The translations under genes were made by a program, and so were the position numbers. Positions 37,101 through 45,810 of a DNA stretch of 64,000 nt are shown piece by piece. The stretch covers positions 962,155 to 1,026,154 of the forward strand of contig JAHRHZ010000019.1 in NCBI GenBank assembly GCA_024137785.1. Direction: 5' to 3'. Every line of letters begins with the position of its first letter. The stretch's first letter is position 1. The DNA is from Ginglymostoma cirratum (Eukaryota). The notes below the pieces were generated by a model. It saw nothing but the letters and a program-made list of their open reading frames with translations. It did no database searches and was not told the DNA's origin.

Positions 37101-40100
37101 GAATGTGACTGTCAATGATAGTGCTGTGTACCGCTGCAGTGTGTGGAGCTACATCTATGGAGCAGGGAGCCAGCTCAATGTAACTGGTAAGACAATGGGA
37201 GGGAATGCTGGTGTGAACAGGGAAAGGAGAAAACAGCTGCTGTGCTTCACCAGTGGAAGGGCAAAATGGTCATCAAGGCCAGGTATTCCCAAGGCAGGAC
37301 GGTGAGTGGTTTGAAGGGGAACTTGCAGGGGATAGTGTTCCCATGTATCTGCTGCCCTTGTCCTTCTCGATGGAGGAGGTCGTGGGTTTGGAATGTCCTG
37401 TCTGAATTTCTTTGGTGAGTTTCAGCAGTGCATCTTGTATGTAATACATACTGCTGTTTCTGAGTGTTGGTGGCGGAGGGAGTGAATGTTTGTGGCTGTG
37501 GTACCAGTCAAGTGGGTTACTTTCTCCTGGATGGTGTTAGGTTTCTTGAATGTTGTTGGAACTGCACTCACCCAGCACTCCATCACTCTCCTGACTTGTG
37601 CCTTGTAGATAGTGGACAGGCTTTGGGGATCAGGAGGGGAGTTAATATCCTGAGGAACTCAGAATTATTTTGTTGACAGTGTTAGACATTGATCAGACTA
37701 AAGCAACTGTGTGTGTCATTCTGATATTTTGCAGAAGACTCTTCTCATGGTAGTCCCCGGACTTCAGATCCTAATTTAATCATTGGCACCATTCTGGGCT
37801 TCGCTGTTATGATCTGCGTTGTCCTGCTCACATTTCTCCTTCGGAAACAAAAGCTGTGCTCATCCGTAAAGGACTCCACACAAAGGTACATCCCATTTCA
37901 TCTTGGGTTTGATTCTGTCACTGCACAGTTATCGTTTTTGACATTAGGGCAATTGTTTTTAGTAAGTGCTGAGATTCCCACTGCACTGTACAGATCCATT
38001 GTAAATGGTGGATCAGTGACTGTCGAGACCATCCCGCACATCCAGATGCCCAGTCGCTGCCAGTTTGCTTCATCCCTGGTATCGTATGTCCTCCAGTGCC
38101 AGACCACAGGCGCCTGTTGATGACAGTCAGAAAGCTCTGAATGGGTCAAGCATTAGACATCACCTGCAGGATCCCCAGTAGGTACAGGATCATTACCCAC
38201 CGAGCCCAGTGTCAGGGTCTGCGTTAGTGCTGGTGGCTCACTGGCAGGACAGTGCCTCCTTCTGGGAAGGCCAAGGGAGTGCCAGACCACTCGGTCCAAC
38301 AGTCTATGCAGGTCTTTCACTTCCACATCAGCAGAAATCACATTTCCCTGTCCTGTTCCCCCATCCATTCAATCCCCTTTATCTTCACACCGTTTTCCAA
38401 TCAAATCTTGAATGTTAACATTGATTGTACATCTTCCATTAATCTGGTGTGACCTCCCAGAACCTCCCCGCCCTCTGGGTGAATGGATTTGCGGAGTGTC
38501 TGGACTTGATCTTTTCTGTTGTATTTTGTATTCACAATCCCTCATTCTTCAGCCCCTCGATAGACTGTTTCCAGCTTGTTCATTGTCCCTTTAGTGCATT
38601 TTAAGCCTGTGTCCTTCCAATGATATAAAGAGATTCTGAAGTCTTTCTTTGTATTTGTGTGTACTTATACTGGCCATTTGGTTGTGTTGTTGCAGTTCTC
38701 TCTCTCTCAGTATACTCTCGGCCTTAACCAGCTGAAAGTGCAGCAAGTTTCTTGACAAAATCTCTCCATTCCACAGTGAACAACTTGGCCAAGTTTCCCA
38801 CAATGCCATCTAGTTGTGGTGAAATTTTTTCCTTTGTTGTTCACACAAATTCTGCTCTTTTTAGCAAATGATCCAAGTTTCCAGATCATCCATTTTGTCT
38901 TTTAAGCTGATGTGAAAAGTCTGTGGTGCATTGCATGAAATCCATCAGCCCCGAGAGTGTGATGATCACGGTGTTATCTTGTGGTAAATGTTCAATAAAT
39001 CTAATGTGTGGCATTTATTTAGGAGCCCTGTTGAAGAGCAGAATGCTATGTATGAAACAGTAAATGTATATCAAACTAATTTAATCTTTGTCACAATGTT
39101 AGGCAAAAATTATTCTTTGTTCCAAAAATGAGTTTGACATGGTTAGATTCCTGATGTAATTAATAAGCTAATGGTTAAGCCAATTCATTTGCCTGATTAA
39201 CTCAATATATCACCATTGTCAGTCACTGAGACATATTCACACAGGACTTTGTTTCATAACAATCGAAATTAAGTTTATTCCACCAAAGGGGGACGGAAAA
39301 AAAAAGAATTCACATTGTGTATCTATTTATTTCATTGAGAAGAACTTGAACACTTGAATCAGAACATTATTTCACCAACATTCCCATCACTGTCCATGAC
39401 AGAGACTCGAGTCTAGAGAAGTTATACTCCAATTTCAACTCTTCATTTTCCAAAAAACCAACTCCTGCCCATTTCTCTGTTTTGAACAATCAAATTAATT
39501 TTGTATTTTTTTCTCTGAATCCAATTGCATGAAGCTATCACTGTTCTAGTGGTTCAACTGCTTTTAAAAAAAGTTTTCTGAAGGTTTCTGTCCCAAATTC
39601 TCCTTGTTTGAAAAAATTCCCAAACTGGAAAAACATTGCTGCTCTGGTGATTGGTTTCTTCTCCACTGAACACTTCAGCTGGGAGAGAAATTCAAACTTC
39701 ATTCTGAATTCAACTCTTTTCTTTTCAATTTAATATTGGGGCTTTTTTGAAATGAACTCAAAACAAAATTAAAAGCTTAATGCATTTACATTGCTTGTCA
39801 CGAACTTAGAAGTATATCTAACTTATTTCCGTAAAACGCCAGATGTTCACCCAACACCCTGATGGCAGTCACATATCTTCTTGGAGCAACTGCATTGAAT
39901 CACTGTGCCAGAATGACCTTCTGACCATTCAAAAGAATCCCCACAGCACTAAGCCTTGTTCGTATGTGGCTCTTTTTAAATCATTCCACATTTCAAAACT
40001 GATGTATTTTACACACCATTCGTCAGGGGAAAAAAAAACTTAGAGTGGTGATAAGGAGAAATGTTTTCACTGGAGGTTGTTGCTGGGATCTGTAACACTC

Positions 40101-43100
40101 GATCTGATAAGGTATTTGAAGCTGATTCCATAAGGAATTTGAAGAGGGGTTTGGACAGATATTTGAGGATGAAGGACATAAAGGGTTATTGATAAAGAGC
40201 AGGATTGTGTGGTTAAGGACACTTTCAAAGATCTAATATGAGTGTGATTGGCTGATGGTCCTCTCTCTGTGCTGAGTGTCTCTAATTGACATGATGAACT
40301 TTCTAACAGAGAGCAGTACCCAGGATTCCCATCAGCTGCCTTCCCCTAAAACTGCCCAAAATGACACTGGCAATTTCCGTCACTTTCCTTCCCAGTTTAA
40401 AGAACTCCATCGTGACTTGGCTCCATTCTGAAGAGGTCTCATTGTATTTTCTTTCAGATCGAACACAGAGCAGTGAGCAAGCAGCAGTTCCTCCTGTTGT
40501 GGTAAGGAAATGGGACACGGCTGTTGGTTTTTGCAGCATTTTTAACACAAGGACTTTAAGAAACAGGAGCCACATCCTGGAGGAACTTCAGTATCACCAG
40601 AACGCTTACAATTCATAACTTGTAACTAACAGAAATTCTCTGTTCCACAACAGGCTCAGACACAAAATGATCAAAGAGAAAGCAATGATTCCCTTCTTTT
40701 TAAGCCAGACTCTCTCAGACCCTGAGATTACTGGGCCCTCAGACAGTGCAGCAGCTCAGCCTGGGGGTGTAAGGTTCAAGAGACAGTGCAGTCAGTCACT
40801 GAGATTATTTGGAGCTATCTCTGCTGCTGTCTCTAGTATTGTGCAGAACAACAGCAGGGACATTGTGGAAACAGCTTGAATTGTGAGTTTCGTCCAGGTC
40901 CCAGCCCATTCTGATTTAGAATCTCAGCCCTTCTGGGTCTGGTTATTGGAATTTCCCATTTAACAGCCAGCAATGGGCCAATGGACAGTCCCAGGCAGAG
41001 CTGAGCTTGACCAGGTTGAGGCAAGTTGTGCCTTAAATTGGATACACTTGACATTGTTGGGAAAAATAAGGATTGACAGGCTGTTCATTAAAGTTTGAAC
41101 TCCCCAGAACCTTGCCTGGGTCCCTGGTTTAGACCCATTCCTGCTTCTCAACGTGATTGGCTCGGTTCCTGTTTTCATTGATGCTTTAATCTTGCCTGGC
41201 CATGCAGTTTGGGTTGGTTTTATTTTGCCAGTCATTTCCGAATTGTTGCCCTCATTTTTGCGACACAGGAATGTAGGAGCAGGAGTAGACTATTCAGCTC
41301 CTTGAATCTGCTATCCTGTTCAATAAGATGGTGGCTTATCTAGTTGCATTCTCCCTCTATTTTCCTGTCTGACCCCTGACCCCTTGACTCCCTCTTCTCC
41401 TGAAACCTTTGGCAGTCAATGGACAGGATGGGGCTGTAAAAAAGGACGGCCAAGTGTGACAGTCATTGTCAATGTGGCATCAGGAAATGGGAATTAGGCT
41501 CACATCTGACTGGAATCATTCTACAGATGTCCCTGAGGAAATGCTGGCTCTGTCCTGGATCAGCCTGTGCTTGTTAGCTTCATAGCAGAATCTCAGTCCT
41601 CTCTCAGACAGTTTCTGTTGAAAACAGGGGGTCTGTTCCCTTTCCATTACTTCTAGCATTTTGATGGGTGAGGAGGAAGCGGGTAGCCAGTAAATATTCC
41701 TTCTTCCCTACCTCTCATCCCTGCTATCTCACCTTTGGTCTTTCCATTCCTTCCATGGTCCCCCTCCTTTACTTCCCTTCCCTCCATGTACTCCTTCCCT
41801 CCTTTCAAACTCCTCCCTCTCTCATCCTTTCCCCAAACTTCTTTTGTCTTTCTCTGCCCCTCATCCTCCCATTATTTCGTGCTCTCCTTGTAGTGGCCAT
41901 TCCCCCCACTACCATCGCCCTCAATGTTTTCCTCACAAGCCCTGTCTCACTGTGGCTTTAATGGTTGACCATCCCATTGGTCTAAGTGGGTGGGGGACAA
42001 TCTCATTTGAGACCCTCACAATGTATTCCACTCACCCTATCCCCTCTCCCTACCTTCCCCAACCAGCTTGCTCTTCAACGTTGCTTTTCCAGAACTTTCA
42101 ATACATCCAGAAACCCGGACGCGTACTCTGAGCCTGATTGGTGAGGCCTCAAGATCCCTTGGGATCAAAATTTGTGATCTGATTGGGATCCAGTCAATGA
42201 GGGAGAAAGAGGAACACCAGATTGTGTCAGTGCACATTTTGGTGAAGCAGCTCACTGGCTTCACTGTGAGCCTCAGGAATGTTGGACCAGGATGAGGACT
42301 GGGGAGTTCCACGGCCAGTGGTTTCCGTGTCCCTGGCCCTGTTTTACCAACGTTGCTGCTTCTGATCCTGTTACCAATTGCTCGGAACACTCCAGGCCTC
42401 TGGGAATATAAATTAATGGGGATGTGCCCTTGTGTAGCACAGGCCTGAAGTGGGTCTTGACGCTGCTGGCTCAGGGACTGAAGCTGGAACACGAAGCTCT
42501 CTGCTCTCTGCACCTGCACACATATTGAACCTGGCCCCAGCAGCTGCTTCCCTCCAGAATGGCACAAACATGGCCAGAGGACGGAAGTTAAATTGCAGCC
42601 AGCTGATTCAGAACAATGAAGTGAATTGGAGGCTGTGACCACAGACTGTTTGACAGCTCACCACAAGAGGAAGGACTTGATGCCATAATTTTGGTTGCAG
42701 TTCCCTCTCCACAACTACGCTGTAACACTTAGCCCCGTAACCACATTCAAGAACAATTCTCTGACACTGTGCTGATGGTAAACAGTCGATGCAGATCTGG
42801 AAACCATCAACTGCATACCTACTCCTGAGGATACAGCTCCATCTAACTAGAGAACTGCCTGACAATCCTTTATATTCTTTATGCACTGTAAACGTGTCTT
42901 TGACCAAGAACGTCAGTCAATACAACATCAAGATCTCTGAGGTCAATTCTCACAGGGTTGGGTGCAGGTCAATGTAAAATCTGGAATGTGCACTAAATCC
43001 CTCATGACCGTCCACCATATTGGTCCATGCAGCAACATTCATTTGGAAAACTCTGAGTCAGACTATGAATCCACACAGCGAGATCTGTCAAAACATTCAT

Positions 43101-43924
43101 CCTGAATCCTATCACTGGTGAGTCTGCTTCTGTCCTCCCTAAGCGTGCACCTTTCAGGATGGATCAGTGGATAAAAACAAGGAAATTAAAGAGAATTCAG
43201 GATGATGAAAGCTCTTTCAGGGGAATGAAAACTGGAACTGTCAGTATTATGGACACAGTGAGCAACATTGTGCAGAGATTGAAACTGTGATTTTGTTTGG
43301 TATTAATGCCCAGTGCGCCTAAAAAATGAAACACATTCTGAAATGTCTGTGGGTGTGTCATAATGGGTTTGAAATCATTGAAACAGGTTTGTGTTGGTGT
43401 TTCCTTCTCCACGACAAACAGAGATGGGAATGTGGGAGAGTTGCCTGTTGGATTGAGCTGCAGCTGGATAGAACTTTAGTTCGGCCATATTTGAAATATC
43501 ATGTCCAATTCTGGTCGCCACACTTACAAAAGGATTTGGAGGCTTTAGAGAAGGTTTGTTGGTGTAGGGCCTCAATTTCAGTTTCACAAAAAGAGTATTG
43601 AAACTTATTGGGTTGGGTTCAGAGGTGTGTGCTTGTATTGTCTCACTCTGTAAATAAATGTAACACCGAGTAAAGGTTCACTACCGTTTTTTATTTCACT
43701 AATGGATGGATTTCTGAAATTGAATTGTGAGGCTTATTGGATATCTCCATCAAGGAAAGAGCGTCATCACAATGGGCCAAACGGCCTCCTTCTATGCTGT
43801 ATTGTTTGATGGTAAACATGTTCTTTCTTTCTGTCTGAGACAGTTTCCTGCCTCATACTCAGTTCTCTTCACTTCATTAGACATATCAGCCCCAAAAGAG
43901 GGAGAGCATGAGGCACGAGCTTGA
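19072..43924 (+). CDS. Gene B (multi-exon): non-rearranging IgSF receptor, leader-VJ1-VJ2-VJ3-VJ4-VJ5-TM-cytoplasmic tail
   Basis: Leader, five stop-free VJ exons and TM exon all join in frame through canonical GT-AG phase 1 introns. Cytoplasmic exons and 3' end are tentative. Confidence 0.85.
19240..19960 (+). mobile_element. CR1 LINE 3' fragment in gene B intron 1
   Basis: ORF 19179-19568 (VRPHLEYCVQF); absent at the paralogous site in gene A (about 10300). Confidence 0.88.
20437..21046. mobile_element. Penelope-like insertion spanning an assembly gap
   Basis: TSD ttaatcaatcactc at 20423-20436 and 21047-21060; inverted terminal segments; hammerhead core on - strand at about 20501-20532. 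Confidence 0.75.
21175..21552 (+). CDS. Gene B VJ exon 1 (V-set Ig domain, 126 codons, with 12-aa internal duplication)
   Basis: ttttaag| DANFPVLLQSP...LQC...VHWYR...FILTITNVQPSDTGVYYCSIWGSISGGGSRIIVN |gtaagt; 378 nt, phase 1-1. Confidence 0.93.
22040..24800 (-). mobile_element. Long decayed CR1 LINE ORF2
   Basis: ORFs 22540, 22724, 23387 (NYRPVSLTSVVGK) and 23605. Confidence 0.88.
22120..22159 (+). ncRNA. Minimal hammerhead ribozyme motif in a short Penelope-like insert (about 22105-22235)
   Basis: gca-CTGATGA-t-gttaccc-agga-gggtaat-GAAAC-GTC-tgc: catalytic core, 7-bp stem II and gca/tgc stem I. Confidence 0.6.
27124..27468 (+). CDS. Gene B VJ exon 2
   Basis: cccttaaag| TSGLVLLQSP...LQCTMRN...VHWYRQEPG...DTGVYYCSAWGNVPGGGSYLIVN |gtaagt; 345 nt, phase 1-1. 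Confidence 0.93.
28020..29960 (-). mobile_element. CR1 LINE fragments (two copies) with nested SINE at about 28075-28370
   Basis: RT remnants (ORF 29362-29586, AVDVVYID); tagaaca-type tail near 28010-28040. Confidence 0.75.
29967..30030 (+). repeat. Imperfect (CAT/CAC)n trinucleotide microsatellite
   Basis: catcatcatcaccaccaccgtcatcatcatcatc... Confidence 0.85.
30538..30882 (+). CDS. Gene B VJ exon 3
   Basis: cctttaaag| ITGLVLLQSP...LLCTMRN...VHWYW...DTGVYYCSVQGRIYGSGILLNIT |gtaagt; 345 nt, phase 1-1. Confidence 0.93.
31170..32210 (-). mobile_element. Gypsy (Gmr1-like) integrase-region remnant, interrupted by a SINE
   Basis: KIAHEIPMA...ITAFEEPFNRVYV on - strand; inverted homolog of 60830-61870. 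Confidence 0.65.
31450..31750 (+). mobile_element. tRNA-derived V-SINE (HE1-like)
   Basis: tRNA-like head tggcactgtggttagcact, then V core gtgtggagtttgcacat...ggtttcctcccacagtccaaagatgtg. Confidence 0.8.
32215..33370 (+). mobile_element. Two tandem CR1 3' fragments
   Basis: ORFs 32394-32798 and 32827-33075; ttctatgtttctatg tail at about 32875. Confidence 0.85.
33505..33849 (+). CDS. Gene B VJ exon 4
   Basis: ccctaaag| ENVPILLQSP...LQCTMRN...VHWYREQPG...DTGLYYCKVWGDISGNGSQLTVM |gtatgt; 345 nt, phase 1-1. Confidence 0.93.
34407..35069. mobile_element. Possible solo LTR
   Basis: tgttat...tgtca termini interrupting an older repeat; no clean TSD. Confidence 0.35.
35089..35739 (-). mobile_element. 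Penelope-like element (GIY-YIG C-terminus) with inverted terminal repeat and 16-bp TSD
   Basis: ORF 35379-35606 (LPVTCHFN...RKLEEQHLI..LGTLQPSGLN); TSD tgctc(a/g)agttaattga at 35073-35088 and 35740-35755. Confidence 0.82.
36342..36537. mobile_element. Short Penelope-like insertion with 14-bp TSD
   Basis: TSD atatctggagtaaa at 36328-36341 and 36538-36551; empty site in paralog C near 58075; CTGAGGA...GAAACGTT on - strand. Confidence 0.75.
36839..37186 (+). CDS. Gene B VJ exon 5 (divergent, membrane-proximal)
   Basis: aacag| DPLADPVLIQYP...FQC...VHWHYQRPG...YILSLVNVTVNDSAVYRCSVWSYIYGAGSQLNVT |gtaaga; 348 nt, phase 1-1. Confidence 0.93.
37735..37885 (+). CDS. Gene B stalk and transmembrane exon
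   Basis: ttttgcag| EDSSHGSPRTSDPN-LIIGTILGFAVMICVVLLTFLL-RKQKLCSSVKDSTQ(R) |gtacat. In frame with V5; uncharged TM with a basic stop-transfer. Confidence 0.85.
39023..39059 (+). CDS. Gene B candidate cytoplasmic exon (R)SPVEEQNAMYET
   Basis: ctaat branch-like motif at 39001, tttatttag acceptor, phase 2 entry matches the TM exon, gtaaat donor. Confidence 0.55.
40458..40501 (+). CDS. Gene B candidate cytoplasmic exon (frame ambiguous)
   Basis: Strong ttttctttcag acceptor and gtaagg donor. Phase 0 entry completes YET-I, but the 44-nt length shifts the downstream frame. Confidence 0.5.
43844..43924 (+). CDS. Gene B candidate terminal cytoplasmic exon FPASYSVLFTSLDISAPKEGEHEARA*
   Basis: Pyrimidine tract plus cag; ITIM-like ASYSVL and VLFTSL; frame relative to the upstream exon unresolved. 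Confidence 0.35.
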   Translation, partial: FPASYSVLFTSLDISAPKEGEHEARA

Positions 43925-45049
43925 CCATAAACCCAAGCATTTTAGACAAGCTGGGATTGGATTCCCAAGCTGGCCGGGGGAGGGGGGAAGGGAGAGAGGT
44001 TCGGGGTAGGAGAGACAAGAGGTAAACAGTCTTCAGTAGGGCATGTGTCAGTGGGTACTGGGGACTCCCAAAGCAGGTACTTGACAACCATCCTCCATTA
44101 GGGGCTAGGAGAGAAGGCAATGAGCAGAACAGTTACTTTATTTACAGTGTCCCACCCAACTTTAAAATCGATATGGCTGTCGATTGCTAACAAACCCACC
44201 CCTTGGAAAAGAGGCACATGTGAAATAATTGGATATTTTAAAGGGTTAACGTGCACACAGAAAGTTTCAGATGCGCTCAGATAAAAAGTGGCAAAAATGC
44301 TAATTTGAAAGGACACTGACATTGTTTCCCCAAAGCATGACCAAGAAAGTCTTTTGCTCCATGTTCAACCGAAGGAGGGCTGGTTCAGGGTCATTGAGCG
44401 ACCTTCCCTTTCACATGGGATTTTTAATGTGTCTTTGAGAACGTTGATGCTGGTCTAATCAAACCTGCCTCTTTGCAGTTAAATAAATTACTCACAGCAT
44501 TTGGAGACAGTTTAAAATAAAGTCAATCCAAAATATTCTCGATGCAGCAAAGAGAGAGAGACCCATGTCCAATCTGAACATTGATAATTTAAAGAAATAC
44601 AATTGTTATTTTCAATGAAAAGTAGAAATAAGGGGCTGGCCATTACACAGTTACAGACACAGGACAGTGCACACAGACTATCACACTGTCCAATTGCAGA
44701 AGTTGTGAGGAGCTATCACCTATTCCAGTGTGGGCCATGTGATCTACAACACAAGATTTCTTTAAACATACCAACAACACTTAAGAAGCTTGACAGCATC
44801 CAGGATAAAGCAGCCTGTTTGATTGGCACTACATCCACAAAGACCCATCCACCACTGACATTCAGCAGCAGCGGTGTGTTCCTTCCCCAAGATGGCCTGC
44901 AGAAATTCACCAAAGGTCCTCAGATGGTACTTGACAAACCCATGGCTTCCATCTATAAGGACAGGGGCGGCAGTTACATAGGAACACCAACCCCTGAACA
45001 TTCACCTCCAAGCTAGTAAAAAGAATAAAAAGAGTTAGCTTGATGCCTG

Positions 45050-45810
45050 TGAAGGGGGAAATGCTCAAATCCGTTTCCAAGAGTGATATAACAAGAGACT
45101 TCAAAATCTCAGTGCAGACAGGCAGAGTCACCATGGTTTTGTGAAAGGGAAAATATGTTTGACTCACTCATTATCTTTTTGACAAAACACAAGCAATGTG
45201 GATAAAAGGCATTCAATGGCCACTGTTAACTTTTAATTTGAATTCATTGGTTGCCATGTTCATTCTCACAGTCAATGGGTCGGGGAGCTTTCAATGAATA
45301 GCAGGACACTAGGAAGATAATAGGAGCAGAGGGATTTGGGGGAGCTTGTCTACAGATCCCTGAAAGGGACAGGACAGGTTAATAGAGTCATTATGAAGGC
45401 ATATGGGACACTTACCTTTATCAGACAAGCCATTGATTATCTAAACAGGGAGGTTATGTTGGAACTGTACAGGACTTTGGTCAGACCAAAGCTGGAGTAC
45501 AGTGTGCAGTTCTTGTCACCACACCATAGGAAGGATGTGATTGCACTGGAAGGGGATCAGAGGAGTTTCACCAGGTTGTTGCCTGGGATGGAACAGTTTA
45601 GCGATGAAGAAAGCTTGGATAAGCTCAGAGCAGAGAAGGTTGGTGTGATCTGAGTGAGGTGCATGAGATTGTAAGGGGCAGGGACAGGGTGGATTGAAAC
45701 CAGATGTAATAAAAGAGGGGGCATATGGTAGGGTCTTGGGGAGTTGTTATACATGGAAACAGACCCAATAGGCTGAAGGCCCTGTTCTATACTAAAAAAT
45801 TCTAAGATTC
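45050..45810 (+). mobile_element. Decayed CR1 fragments
   Basis: ORF 45336-45653 (LVRPKLEYSVQF). Confidence 0.75.

Noticed and set aside
19072-37186. Rearranging TCR/Ig V-segment locus or germline-joined IgL clusters
   Set aside because: One leader serves five exons; each exon already has its J strand and a splice donor; no C1 exon is seen, and V5 splices in frame to a TM
41668-42907. ORFs 41668-41961, 42037-42642 and neighbours
   Set aside because: Pyrimidine-rich or repeat-derived; no motifs or splice-compatible structure
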